Origin: Actinomycetota bacterium
GTDB lineage: Bacteria; Actinomycetota; Acidimicrobiia; Acidimicrobiales; GCA-2861595
Assembly: GCA_052387235.1 (NCBI GenBank)
Contig: JBQTJJ010000047.1
Span: 1-53,037, forward strand
DNA length: 53,037 nt
Direction: 5' to 3'
This document shows, in pieces, positions 9,660 to 19,168 of the stretch. The stretch's first letter is position 1. Each line of letters opens with the position of its first letter. The translations under genes were made by a program, and so were the position numbers. Under the pieces are notes generated by a model, which worked only from the letters and a program-made list of their open reading frames with translations, had not been told where the DNA came from and searched no databases.

Positions 9660-10238
9660 CTAGGCCCCTTCACAGGTGTCGAGGAACAGTCGGTGGAGGC
9701 GGAGGTCGGCGGACAGCTCCGGGTGGAACGCGGCCACCAGCACCACACCCTGGCGGCAGAGCACCGGGCGCTCCCCCACCGTGGCCAGCACGTCGACGGC
9801 GTCGCCCACCCGCTCCACCACGGGTGCACGGATGAACACGGCGTCGACGGGAGGCCCGGGGAGGGCGGCCACGTCGACCGCGGCTTCGAAGGACTGGGCC
9901 TGGCGGCCGAAGGCGTTGCGGCGGACGCCGATGTCGATGGCGGCGAAGCTGCGCTGGTCGGGCCGGCCGTCGGCCACGTCGGTGGCGAGGAGGATCATCC
10001 CGGCGCAGGTGCCGAAGGCGGGCATCCCCTCGGCCAGCGACGCGGCCACGGGATCGAACAGCCCGGACCGGTCGAGCAGCATCGAGATGGTGGTGGACTC
10101 GCCGCCCGGCAGCACCAGGCCGTCGAGCCCCGACAGGTGGCCGGCCGACCGCACCTCCACCACGTGGGCGCCGCACTCGGCGAGGGCCGAGGCGTGCTCC
10201 CCCACGTCACCCTGGAGGGCGAGGACCCCGATCTTCAC
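9660..10238 (-). CDS. pdxT: PLP synthase glutaminase subunit
   Basis: GVLALQG, PGGEST, FGTCAG, RNAFGRQ, FIRAP, FHPEL. Confidence 0.96.
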   Translation of the reverse strand: MKIGVLALQGDVGEHASALAECGAHVVEVRSAGHLSGLDGLVLPGGESTTISMLLDRSGLFDPVAASLAEGMPAFGTCAGMILLATDVADGRPDQRSFAAIDIGVRRNAFGRQAQSFEAAVDVAALPGPPVDAVFIRAPVVERVGDAVDVLATVGERPVLCRQGVVLVAAFHPELSADLRLHRLFLDTCEGA

Positions 10239-10265
10239 CTGGAGGCCTTCCGGGGGACGGCACGG

Positions 10266-11165
10266 TCACCAGCCCCGATCGGCCAGCTTGACCTCCACCG
10301 TGGCCGCGTCGAGACCGCGCATGGCCTGGCCCAGGCCGCGGCTGACCTTGGCCACGATCGACGGGTCGCGGAAATGGGTCGTGGCCTCCACGATGGCGCC
10401 GGCCATGCGGGGCGGGTCGGAGGACTTGAAGATGCCCGATCCCACGAACACCGCCTCTGCGCCGAGCTGCATCACGAGGGACGCGTCGGCCGGCGTGGCG
10501 ATGCCGCCGGCGCAGAACAGCGGCACGGGCAGGCGGCCGGTGGTGGCGATCTCCTGGACGAGCCCGATCGGTGCCTGCAGCCGCTTGGCCCACCCGTACA
10601 GCTCGGCCGGGTCGGAGGTGGTGATGCCGGCCAGGTCGGCCCGGATCGAGCGGAGGTGGCGCACCGCCTCCTGCACGTCGCCGGTGCCGGCCTCGCCCTT
10701 TGAGCGGATCAGGGCGGCCCCCTCCGAGACCCGGCGCAGCGCCTCGCCCAGGTTGGTGGCGCCGCACACGAAGGGCACGGTGAACGGCCACTTGTCGATG
10801 TGGTGGGCCTGGTCGGCCGGCGTGAGCACCTCGCTCTCGTCGATGAAGTCCACGCCCAGGGCCTCGAGCACCTGGGCCTCGCCCAGGTGGCCGATGCGGG
10901 CCTTGGCCATCACCGGCACGGTGACGGCGGCCATGATCCCCTCGATCATGGCCGGGTCGCTCATCCGGGCCACCCCGCCGTCCCGGCGGATGTCCGAGGG
11001 GACCCGCTCCAGGGCCATGACGGCCACCGCGCCGGCATCCTCGGCGATCCTGGCCTGCTCGGCGTCGACCACGTCCATGATCACGCCGCCCCGCAGCATC
11101 TCCGCCAACCCCCGCTTGACCCGCGAGGTACCGGTAAGAGGGGCGGAAGGATCAGAACCAGTCAT
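10266..11165 (-). CDS. pdxS: PLP synthase lyase subunit
   Basis: [35 protein letters not shown]. Confidence 0.97.
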   Translation of the reverse strand: MTGSDPSAPLTGTSRVKRGLAEMLRGGVIMDVVDAEQARIAEDAGAVAVMALERVPSDIRRDGGVARMSDPAMIEGIMAAVTVPVMAKARIGHLGEAQVLEALGVDFIDESEVLTPADQAHHIDKWPFTVPFVCGATNLGEALRRVSEGAALIRSKGEAGTGDVQEAVRHLRSIRADLAGITTSDPAELYGWAKRLQAPIGLVQEIATTGRLPVPLFCAGGIATPADASLVMQLGAEAVFVGSGIFKSSDPPRMAGAIVEATTHFRDPSIVAKVSRGLGQAMRGLDAATVEVKLADRGW

Positions 11166-11360
11166 CACTCCGAAGTCTACGGCTCCCCCGTGAGAAGACG
11201 AGTGGGATGCAGACGAGGAGGACGCCGCCGGCCACCTCGCCGCCGAAGGCGGCCCCGATGGATGGCGGCCGTGAGGAACGGGCGAAGGCCGCCCGGCTCT
11301 GCCGGGCGGCCGGAGCACCGTCAGACTCGCTGCGGAACCTCCGGTTCCGCGGCGAAACCC

Positions 11361-12272
11361 CTACAGCTCCCGGAGCGCCTCGATCCGCTCCTCGAGGGGC
11401 GGATGGGTGTCGAACAGGCGGCCGAGCCAGGCCAGCTTCCCCTCGCTGTCCGCCCTCGCCACGGGCGACTCGATCCACAGGTGGGCCGTGGCCCGGGAGC
11501 CGGAGTGCACCACGGTGCGGTCGTCGCGGAGCTTCTCCAGGGCCGAGGCCAGCCCGGGCGGGTAGCGGGTGAGCGACACTCCGGTGAGATCGGCGAGGGA
11601 CTCCCGGCGCCGGCTCACCGCGAACTGCATGAGGCGCGCCGCCACTGGCGCCAGCAGGAGGAAGGCGAAGCCCACCACGGCCACGGCCGCGGCCGCGCCG
11701 CCGCCGCCCCCGCTGCGGTCGTCGCGGTGGCGGGGACCGCCCCACCACAAGAAGCGCAGTCCCCAGTCGGCGAGGAGGGCCACCAGGCCCACCATGGTCA
11801 CCGCCAGCGTCGACACCAGGATGTCGTAGTTCTTCACGTGGCTGAGCTCGTGGGCCAGCACGCCCTCCAGCTCGACCCGGTTGAGCTTCTGCAGCAGCCC
11901 GGTCGTCACGGCCACGGCGGCGTGGCGCGGGTCCCGCCCGGTGGCGAAGGCGTTCGGGGCGTCGTCCTCCACCACGTACACGCGCGGCTTGGGGAGGCCG
12001 GCGGCGATGCACAGCCCCTCGACCAGGTTGTGCAGCCTGGCGTGCTCGACGGGGTCGGCGGGACGGGCGTGGCTCATGGCCAGGGCGATGGCGTCCGACT
12101 TCCAGTAGGCGCCGGCCGCCGATCCCCCTGCCACCACCAGGGCGATCACGAGCCCGACCGGCCCGCCGCCGATGAGGAGGTTGAAGGCCCATGCCGTGGC
12201 CGCCACCACCGTGACGAAGGCGGCGGCGAGGAGCGCGGAGCGCCGCTTGTTGGCTGCTACCTGGTCGTACAA
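11361..12272 (-). CDS. htpX: M48 family zinc metalloprotease (HtpX-like)
   Basis: PNAFATGR, AHELSH, SRRRESLAD, THPPLEERI. Paired with lemA. Confidence 0.92.
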   Translation of the reverse strand: MYDQVAANKRRSALLAAAFVTVVAATAWAFNLLIGGGPVGLVIALVVAGGSAAGAYWKSDAIALAMSHARPADPVEHARLHNLVEGLCIAAGLPKPRVYVVEDDAPNAFATGRDPRHAAVAVTTGLLQKLNRVELEGVLAHELSHVKNYDILVSTLAVTMVGLVALLADWGLRFLWWGGPRHRDDRSGGGGGAAAAVAVVGFAFLLLAPVAARLMQFAVSRRRESLADLTGVSLTRYPPGLASALEKLRDDRTVVHSGSRATAHLWIESPVARADSEGKLAWLGRLFDTHPPLEERIEALREL

Positions 12273-12288
12273 GGATGTTCGCCGGCGG

Positions 12289-12840
12289 TCAGAACTGGAC
12301 CTTCACCGGGGGCCGCGAGATGTCGTCGGCCTCGAAGTACTCGCGCTCGGTGAAGCGGAAGGCGTTGGCCACCAGGTTGCCGGGGAAGGCCTGGACCTTG
12401 TTGTTGTAGCTCTGGACGGTGTCGTTGTAGAACTGCCGGGCGTAGGCGATGCGCCCCTCCGTGCCGGCCAGCTCCTCCTGCAGGGCCAGGAAGTTGGCGT
12501 TGGCCTTGAGGTCCGGATACGCCTCCGACACCGCGAACAGCGAGCGCAGGGCGGCGGTGAAGCCGGTCTCGGCCTTGGCCTGCTCCGCCACCCCGGAAGC
12601 CCCCACCGCGGCGGCGCGGGCGGCGGTGACGTTCTCCAGCACCTGCTTCTCGTGGGCGGCGTAGCCCTTCACCGTCTCGACCAGGTTCGGCACCAGGTCG
12701 TAGCGGCGCTGGAGCTGCACATCGATCTGGGCCCATGCGCTCTCGATGCGGTTCCGGAGCCGGACCAGGCCGTTGTACTGCACCACGAGGTACAGCACCA
12801 CCAGGGCCACGACCACCAACAGGACGATCACGACAGCCAC
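12289..12840 (-). CDS. lemA: LemA family protein
   Basis: YNGLVRLRN, QIDVQLQRRYDLVPNLVETVKGYA, EAYPDLKAN. Confidence 0.95.
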   Translation of the reverse strand: MAVVIVLLVVVALVVLYLVVQYNGLVRLRNRIESAWAQIDVQLQRRYDLVPNLVETVKGYAAHEKQVLENVTAARAAAVGASGVAEQAKAETGFTAALRSLFAVSEAYPDLKANANFLALQEELAGTEGRIAYARQFYNDTVQSYNNKVQAFPGNLVANAFRFTEREYFEADDISRPPVKVQF

Positions 12841-12917
12841 GACTCCGAGTGTACGGGCAGACCGGCCGCCGCGGGAGGACGACCGGGCACCGCCGGCGCT
12901 GGGATACCGTGGCCGCG

Positions 12918-13520
12918 ATGCGCCGAGCCGCAGTGGTGGTCCTCGCCCTCCTCCTGCCGGCATGCGCGGCCGGCCAGGACCCCACCGTCGAAGCGGGGGG
13001 CGACGCCCCGGCCGCCACCTCGGCGTCCACCTCCACCCCCGCGTCGTCGGGGCCGGGCACCGCTTCGCCGGTGGCGCCGCCCATCTCCACCCCGGCGGTG
13101 CAGCCCCGCTCCTACCTGACCGCGGTCCGCGCCGCCGGCGCCGACCAGCCCGGGTCCAGCCGGGTGGTTTTCGAGTTCGACTCCGTCGTGCCCGGCTACA
13201 CGATCGACTACGTGCAACGCCCCGTCACCGAGGACGGGTCGGGGGACGAGGTCACCGTGAAGGGCGAGGCCATCCTCCAGGTGCGCTTCGAGAACGCCTC
13301 GGGTGCGCGCATCGAGGGCGAGAAGGTGATCCGCACCTACAACGGGCCCGACCGGGTGCCGGCCGCCGGCGCCGAGGGCGTGGCCACCGAGGTGGTCGAC
13401 GCCGGCGACTTCGAGGGCGCGGTGACCTGGGTGATCGGCCTGCGCCGGCGGGCGCCGTCGCTGTCGGTGTCGACCCTCAGCGGCCCGGCCCGGCTGGTGA
13501 TCGACGTCCCTGCGCCCTGA
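12918..13520 (+). CDS. Putative lipoprotein (AMIN-like domain)
   Basis: Signal peptide with lipobox LPAC; RVVFEF, GDFEG, PARLVIDV. Confidence 0.75.
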   Translation: MRRAAVVVLALLLPACAAGQDPTVEAGGDAPAATSASTSTPASSGPGTASPVAPPISTPAVQPRSYLTAVRAAGADQPGSSRVVFEFDSVVPGYTIDYVQRPVTEDGSGDEVTVKGEAILQVRFENASGARIEGEKVIRTYNGPDRVPAAGAEGVATEVVDAGDFEGAVTWVIGLRRRAPSLSVSTLSGPARLVIDVPAP

Positions 13521-14595
13521 GGCGACCGCTCACCACGCCGTCGTACAGCTCGAGGTAGCGCTCGGCCAGCCGCTCCATGGACAGCTCGGCGGCCCGGGCG
13601 TCGCCCGCCTCCACCAGGCGTGCGGCGAGGGCGGCGTCGCCCAGCACGCGGCCGAGGGCGGCGGCCAGCGCGCCGGCGTCGCCCGGCGCGACGAGCAGGG
13701 CGTGGTGCTCGGGCACGGCCACGTTCCGGTAGCCGGGCAGGTCGCTGGCCACGACGGGCGTGGACGCCGCCATGCCCTCCAGCAGCACCACACCGAACGA
13801 CTCGCCGTGCAGCGAGGGCGCGCACAGCACGTCCGCCCCCCGCATCCTCGACGCCACCTCGGCGTCACCGAGGCGCCCCAGCCACTCGATCCGGTCGTCG
13901 CCGGCGGTGCGGGCCTGCAGCTCGGACGTCTGCGAGCCCTCCCCGGCCACCCACAGGCGCACGTCGGGAGGAAGGGAGGCCATGGCGTCGACCAGGGTGC
14001 GGAGCCCCTTGCGAGGCTCGTGCCGGCCGACGAAGAGGATGGTGGGCCCGAGGGTGGGCCACGGCGTGGCCTTGGTGAAGCGCTCCACCTCGATGCCGTT
14101 CGACAGGAGCTCGTAGGTCCCGCCGAGGGCCCGGGTCGCGGTGTCGCGGGCGTCCTGGGAGACGGCGCAGCGCACGGCCAGGCGCCGGGCCAGGCGGGTG
14201 GCGAACGGGCGCAGCACCACGTAGGAGGCGCCCAGGCCGGCCCGGTGGAACGTGCCCACGAGAGGGCCGTCGCTGAAGGCAAGCGCCACCAGGGTGGGTC
14301 CCGGGCAGAAGGGCTCGTGCAGGTGCACGACGTCGAAGTCCTCGTCCCGCAGGGCCCGGACCGTTCGCAGGATGCAGGCGGGGTCCGGCGCCAGCTGGGC
14401 CACCGACCCGTTTCCCGCGAACGGGACGGAGTTGCCGAGCGGGGTCACGCCCGCGTCGGGCGGCGGCCCGTCGCACGGGGCCAGGACCCGGGCCTCGTGG
14501 CCGAGGGCCCGCAGGGTGCGGGCCTGGGCCAGCACCTGCCCCTGCACCCCGCCCGGGGAGGTGAGGCTGTAAGGGCACACGAGCCCGATTCGCAC
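13477..14595 (-). CDS. pimA: Phosphatidylinositol alpha-mannosyltransferase (GT4)
   Basis: MRIGLVCPYS..PGGVQ, HLHEP, EPRKG, GESFGVVLLEGMA. pgsA-acyltransferase context. Confidence 0.88.
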   Translation of the reverse strand: MRIGLVCPYSLTSPGGVQGQVLAQARTLRALGHEARVLAPCDGPPPDAGVTPLGNSVPFAGNGSVAQLAPDPACILRTVRALRDEDFDVVHLHEPFCPGPTLVALAFSDGPLVGTFHRAGLGASYVVLRPFATRLARRLAVRCAVSQDARDTATRALGGTYELLSNGIEVERFTKATPWPTLGPTILFVGRHEPRKGLRTLVDAMASLPPDVRLWVAGEGSQTSELQARTAGDDRIEWLGRLGDAEVASRMRGADVLCAPSLHGESFGVVLLEGMAASTPVVASDLPGYRNVAVPEHHALLVAPGDAGALAAALGRVLGDAALAARLVEAGDARAAELSMERLAERYLELYDGVVSGRLRAQGRRSPAGPGR

Positions 14596-14674
14596 CACGT
14601 CACCGTAGCCGTCATCCGCCGGCGGGCCCCGGTCCGAATCACAGGGGAAACGAGGACGACTACTGGAGGAGTTC

Positions 14675-14851
14675 GTGGCCTACGAGTTCAGGTGAAGGGA
14701 CGCCGACCACGCCTGCAGGTGGCAGGGGAAGGCAGGAACCGAGGAGGAGCTGATGGGCAAGATCTCGGAGCACGTGCGCAAGGTGCACAAGGTGCAGACG
14801 ACGACCGACACCATCGCCAACTTCGTGAAGACGAAGGTCCGGAAAGGCTAG
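14675..14851 (+). CDS. DUF1059-like small metal-binding protein with in-frame UGA (candidate selenoprotein)
   Basis: GGAGG RBS and GTG start. Translation MAYEFR(UGA)RDADHACRWQGKAGTEEELMGKISEHVRKVHKVQTTTDTIANFVKTKVRKG*. It fits the C-x6-C...TEEEL...H-x4-H pattern with UGA (14693-14695) at the first Cys. Confidence 0.75.
14712..14726 (+). promoter_or_regulatory. Candidate bacterial SECIS hairpin
   Basis: CCTGC-AGGTG-GCAGG begins 16 nt after the UGA. It shares the TGCAGGT apex of the E. coli fdhF SECIS. Confidence 0.6.
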
Positions 14852-14909
14852 AAGGTCCGCCCGGCCTGTCGCCCAACGAGGGGGGACAGGCCGGGCCGGG
14901 GGGCCGCTC

Positions 14910-15158
14910 CTAGGCCCCGAGCTCGGGGAGGACCCGGCGCTCGTGCAGCCCGTGCGGGCTGGCGACCTGGACCACGGTCTTGTCGGCGCAGTGGGAGCAC
15001 AGCGCCTTGCCGGTGCTGAAGTCCATGTGGCCCCTGATCTTGCAGCGGGTGCACTGGTCCTCGGGCCAGACGACCTCGCGGGGCAGGGTCTTGGTCGACC
15101 GCTGCACCACTCCCCATCCCTCTGGTGTGGGCCGGGGTGGGGTTCTGAACAGGCTCAT
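14910..15158 (-). CDS. Small hypothetical zinc-ribbon-like protein (82 aa)
   Basis: AAGGGAG RBS and ATG; CTRC and CSHC motifs. Confidence 0.6.
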   Translation of the reverse strand: MSLFRTPPRPTPEGWGVVQRSTKTLPREVVWPEDQCTRCKIRGHMDFSTGKALCSHCADKTVVQVASPHGLHERRVLPELGA

Positions 15159-15268
15159 CGCGCTCCCTTTCTCGTCGGGCCCCGTCACTGGGCCGCTCGT
15201 GCCTGTCGCACCTTTACTCCCATCGGTGACGGTTCGCAAGTACCTGCACCAGTAGAGGCACCGCGCAT

Positions 15269-16201
15269 CTAGTGGGCCACCGGGGCGGCTCTGTCGCTCG
15301 GCCAGTTGGGCTGGAGGAGGTGCCACTGGTCCGGCGCCCGCCGGATCAGGACCTCGAGGTGGCCGGCCAGCTCCTGGGTGATCCGGGTGACGTCGTCCCG
15401 GAACCGGCCCTGGCGGGTGGTGTCGAGGGGCGGGCCCATCACGGCGTGGTGGCCGCCGCCGTCACGGAAGAACACGGCGCTCGGCAGCAGGGCAGCGCCG
15501 CTGCGGAGCGCCAGCGTGGCCGGGCCGCCCGGCAGCGTGGTCCGCTCCCCGAAGAACTCGACCTCCACGCCGGTGCCGCCGATGTCCCGGTCGCACACGA
15601 GCGCCACCACCGCGTTCTCCCTCAGCCGGCGCAGCGTGGTGGGCCCGGCCGACGGCCCCAGCCCCACCACCTCGAGGCCGAGCGACCGGCGCAGGTCGAC
15701 GAACCAGCGGAACAGCTCGGGAGGCTCCACCGACTCCACCACCGCCACCATGCGGTAGCCGAGCGACGCCAGCCAGGCCCCGCCGAAGTCCCAGCCCCCG
15801 AGATGGGGCAGGGCCAGGATCACTCCCTGGCCGGAGGCCAGGCCTTTGTCCACGTGCTCCAGGCCCTCCGACGTCATGGCCGCCGCCAGCCGCTCCGGGG
15901 CCGTGCCGGGGAGGCGGAACGACTCGCCCCAGTACCGGGCGTACGAGGCCAGGGCCCGGCGCGCCGCGCGCCGCACGCCGGCGGTGTCGAGCGCGGGGCC
16001 GAGCACCCGGCGCAGGTGGCGCTCGAGCATGGCGCAGCGGCCCCGCATCACGACCGGCAGCACCACGCCGGCCAGGCCCGGGACCGCGTCCACCACCGGG
16101 CCGGGCAGGGCCCGGGCCGCGGCCGAGGCGAAGCGGTAGAAGCCGAAGGAGGCCTTGGCGCCGGCGGCGTCGAGGACGGGGGCCCGGCGGTGTGCGTTCA
16201 G
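15269..16201 (-). CDS. Phosphatidylinositol mannoside acyltransferase (PatA-like); probable CTG start
   Basis: YARYWGESFRLP, LPHLGGWD, LVCDRD, DQWHLLQPNWPSD. The frame is open up to a CTG overlapping the pgsA stop. Confidence 0.88.
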   Translation of the reverse strand: MNAHRRAPVLDAAGAKASFGFYRFASAAARALPGPVVDAVPGLAGVVLPVVMRGRCAMLERHLRRVLGPALDTAGVRRAARRALASYARYWGESFRLPGTAPERLAAAMTSEGLEHVDKGLASGQGVILALPHLGGWDFGGAWLASLGYRMVAVVESVEPPELFRWFVDLRRSLGLEVVGLGPSAGPTTLRRLRENAVVALVCDRDIGGTGVEVEFFGERTTLPGGPATLALRSGAALLPSAVFFRDGGGHHAVMGPPLDTTRQGRFRDDVTRITQELAGHLEVLIRRAPDQWHLLQPNWPSDRAAPVAH

Positions 16202-16953
16202 GGACGGGTGCCGGCGCGCCAGGACCGCTCACCCCGGGCCGGCCGGCGGCCGCGGGAGCCCCAGGAGGCCCGTCGGGGCCTGTTCCGGCGCCCGCCGGAG
16301 GACTCCCGCCATGCCCGCCAGCGCTCCTCCATGGCCGGTCGCCGCGCGCGCGGCGCCAGCGGACGGGGCGGCACGACCTCGGCCTGGCGCCAGACCTTGA
16401 AGAAGCGCTGGACGGCCGTGACCAGGGTGAGGGCGAGCATCACCCACAGGACCGGGACGAGCAGGGCGCTCACGAGCAGGCCGAAGCAGAGCGCCATGAT
16501 GCGCTCGGCCCGCTCCATGAGCCCGCCTTTGGCGGTGTAGCCGAGCGACTCGGCCTTGGCCCGCTCGTAGGAGATCAGGGCCGACGACCCGAGCACGGCG
16601 AAGGGCAGCAGGGCGGCCCGGCCGCCGTGCTCCCCGGCCAGGTACCACCCGATCCCCCCGAGGACGAGGGCGTCGGTGACGCGGTCCGACACCGAGTCGA
16701 AGAACGCGCCCCGGGGGCCCGCCGTGCCCGCCGCCTTGGCCACCGGCCCGTCGAACAGGTCGAGGAGGGCGGCGGCCAACAGCAGCGCCAGGCCGAGCCC
16801 GAGCCGCCCGGAGCCGATGGCCACGGCGGTGGCCACGCCGAGGACCAGCCCGAGGGCGGTGAGGTGATCGGCCGTGAGACCGGTGCGGCGCATGGTGGTG
16901 GCCACCGGGTCGGTGACCCGGTCGACCCCGCCGCGCCAGCGTCCGTCGAACAA
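16198..16953 (-). CDS. pgsA: Phosphatidylinositol phosphate synthase (CDP-alcohol phosphatidyltransferase)
   Basis: DLFDGPVAK...GAFFDSVSDRVTD, SYERAKAE, MERAER. Confidence 0.9.
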   Translation of the reverse strand: MFDGRWRGGVDRVTDPVATTMRRTGLTADHLTALGLVLGVATAVAIGSGRLGLGLALLLAAALLDLFDGPVAKAAGTAGPRGAFFDSVSDRVTDALVLGGIGWYLAGEHGGRAALLPFAVLGSSALISYERAKAESLGYTAKGGLMERAERIMALCFGLLVSALLVPVLWVMLALTLVTAVQRFFKVWRQAEVVPPRPLAPRARRPAMEERWRAWRESSGGRRNRPRRASWGSRGRRPARGERSWRAGTRP

Positions 16954-17054
16954 GAGCGGCTCCTGGAAGATAGCGGGAGTAGCACTACAAGCTAGCAGCG
17001 CCCAAAGGTACGCTTGCGTCTTTCCACAGCGACGACCCTTCAGCGAGGCGCCCG

Positions 17055-19112
17055 GTGAAGAGCTTCCCGTCCCAGAAGATCCGCAACGTGGCCCTGGTCG
17101 GGCACGGCGGCGCCGGGAAGACGACGCTCACCGAGGCCCTGCTGGCGTGCTCGGGGGCGATCACCCGCCAGGGCCGGGTCGAGGACGGCAACACCACCAC
17201 CGACTTCGACCCAGAGGAGGTCAAGCGCCGGCTGTCGCTCTCGGTGGCCATGGCGCCGGTGGAGCACAAGGGGCACAAGATCAACGTCCTCGACTGCCCC
17301 GGCTACGCCGACTTCATCGGCGAGGTGGAGTCGGCCCTGCGGGTGGCCGACCTGGCGGTGTTCGTGGTGAGCGCGGTCGAGGGGGTCGAGGTCCAGACCG
17401 AGGCGGCCTGGAAGATCGCGGCCGGGCTGGGGCTGCCCCGGATGATCTTCGTCAACAAGCTGGACCGGGAGCGGGCCAGCTTCGACCGCACCCTCGATCA
17501 GCTGCGGGACACCTTCGGCGCCGGCATCGCGCCGCTGGAGCTGCCCATCGGCGACGAGGACCGCTTCCGCGGCGTGGCCGATCTCCTCACCGACACCGCC
17601 ATCACCTACGACACGGGCAAGGCGGTGACGGGCGCCATCCCCGACGAGATGGAGGCCCGGGAGCACGAGGTCCACGACAACCTGGTCGAGGGCATCGTCG
17701 TGGGCGACGACGACCTCATGATCCGCTACCTGGACGGCGACGTCCCGAGCCCCAAGGAGCTGGAGGACACCCTCGCCAAGGGCGTGTTCGCGGCCCAGGT
17801 GTACCCGGTGATCTGCGGGTCGGCGTCCAAGTGCGTGGCCATCGACCGCCTGGCCGACTTCATCTGCGAGATCGGCCCGTCGCCGCTGGACCGCCCGCCG
17901 GTGGTGGTGGAGGCGGGCGACAGCCTCTCGGAGGTGGCCTGCGACCCGAACGGCCCTCCCCTCGCCTACGTCTGGAAGACGCTGGCCGACCCGTACGTGG
18001 GGAAGGTGTCGATGTTCAAGGTGCTCTCCGGCACCATCAGGCCAGACACGGTGCTCACCAACCCCCGCACCCACTCCGACGAGCGCCTGCACGCCCTCTT
18101 CACCCTCCGGGGCAAGGACCAGGAGCAGCTGCCCGACGTGCCCGCCGGCGACATCGCGGCCGTGGCCAAGCTGAGCGGCACCAACACCGGCGACACCCTG
18201 GCGCCCAAGGGCACGCCGGTGCGCATTCCGGCCACCGCCGTCTCGGAGCCGGTGCTCTCCATCGCCATACGGCCCCGGTCGAAGGGCGACGAGGACAAGC
18301 TCATGACCGCCCTGCACAAGCTGCAGGACGAGGACCCGGCCCTGGTCGTGCGGCGCGACGACGAGACGCACCAGACGCTGCTGGCCGGCATGGGCGAGAC
18401 CCACCTCGCCATCGTCACCGAGCGGCTGGCCCGCAAGTTCGGCGTTGAGGTCGAGACGGAGGAGGTGCAGGTCCCGTTCCGGGAGACCATCACGCGGGCG
18501 GCCGACGCCGAGGGCAAGTACAAGAAGCAGACCGGCGGGCACGGCCAGTTCGGCGTGGCCTTCATCAAGGTCGAGCCCCTGGAGCGGGGCGGCGGCTTCG
18601 AGTTCGTCGACCAGATCGTGGGGGGCGCCATCCCCCGCCAGTTCATACCGGCGGTGGAGAAGGGCGTGGCCGAGACCATGGCCCGCGGAGGGGTGTTCGG
18701 CTATCCCGTGGTGGACGTCAAGGTCGTGCTCTACGACGGCAAGTACCACTCGGTGGACTCGTCGGAGATGAGCTTCAAGATGGCCGGCTCCATCGGCTTC
18801 CAGGACGCCATGGCCAAGGCCGGCGCCGTGCTCCTGGAGCCCATCTCGCTGCTGGAGGTCACCGTGCCGGCCGCCTACCAGGGTGACGTCATGGGCGACC
18901 TCAACGCCCGGCGGGGCCGGGTCCAGGGCACCGACGCCGGCAACGACGGCGAGCAGATCATCGTGGCGATGGTCCCCACCTCGGAGGTCCTGCGCTACGC
19001 CATCGACCTGCGCTCCATCACCGGCGGCCGGGGCCGGTTCACCGTCACCCACGACCACTACGACCTGCTGCCCCAGCACCTCTACGACAAGGTCGCCCGC
19101 AAGGCCGAGTAG
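17055..19112 (+). CDS. Elongation factor G-like protein (EF-G2 paralog)
   Basis: GHGGAGKT, DCPG, NKLD, KKQTGGHGQFG, HSVDSS. Switch I is divergent (RRLSL rather than RGITI) and the gene lies outside the str operon. Confidence 0.92.
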   Translation: MKSFPSQKIRNVALVGHGGAGKTTLTEALLACSGAITRQGRVEDGNTTTDFDPEEVKRRLSLSVAMAPVEHKGHKINVLDCPGYADFIGEVESALRVADLAVFVVSAVEGVEVQTEAAWKIAAGLGLPRMIFVNKLDRERASFDRTLDQLRDTFGAGIAPLELPIGDEDRFRGVADLLTDTAITYDTGKAVTGAIPDEMEAREHEVHDNLVEGIVVGDDDLMIRYLDGDVPSPKELEDTLAKGVFAAQVYPVICGSASKCVAIDRLADFICEIGPSPLDRPPVVVEAGDSLSEVACDPNGPPLAYVWKTLADPYVGKVSMFKVLSGTIRPDTVLTNPRTHSDERLHALFTLRGKDQEQLPDVPAGDIAAVAKLSGTNTGDTLAPKGTPVRIPATAVSEPVLSIAIRPRSKGDEDKLMTALHKLQDEDPALVVRRDDETHQTLLAGMGETHLAIVTERLARKFGVEVETEEVQVPFRETITRAADAEGKYKKQTGGHGQFGVAFIKVEPLERGGGFEFVDQIVGGAIPRQFIPAVEKGVAETMARGGVFGYPVVDVKVVLYDGKYHSVDSSEMSFKMAGSIGFQDAMAKAGAVLLEPISLLEVTVPAAYQGDVMGDLNARRGRVQGTDAGNDGEQIIVAMVPTSEVLRYAIDLRSITGGRGRFTVTHDHYDLLPQHLYDKVARKAE

Positions 19113-19168
19113 CCCACTCCCGAGTAAATAGCTCCCCGAAACGGGGAGCTATTTACTCGGGAGTGGGC
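19112..19168. repeat. Palindromic REP-like element, copy 1 (27-bp perfect arms, 3-nt loop)
   Basis: GCCCACTCCCGAGTAAATAGCTCCCCG-AAA-CGGGGAGCTATTTACTCGGGAGTGGGC between convergent genes. Confidence 0.9.

Noticed and set aside
14753-14851. Stand-alone 32-aa ORF from ATG 14753 with a GAGGAGG 'RBS'
   Set aside because: The purine run is the EEE codons of the longer DUF1059-like frame, and the short form would lack both N-terminal ligands.
17055-19112. A second EF-G next to pgsA as a novelty
   Set aside because: EF-G2 paralogs are common in Actinobacteria, and I recall a similar placement in Streptomyces.
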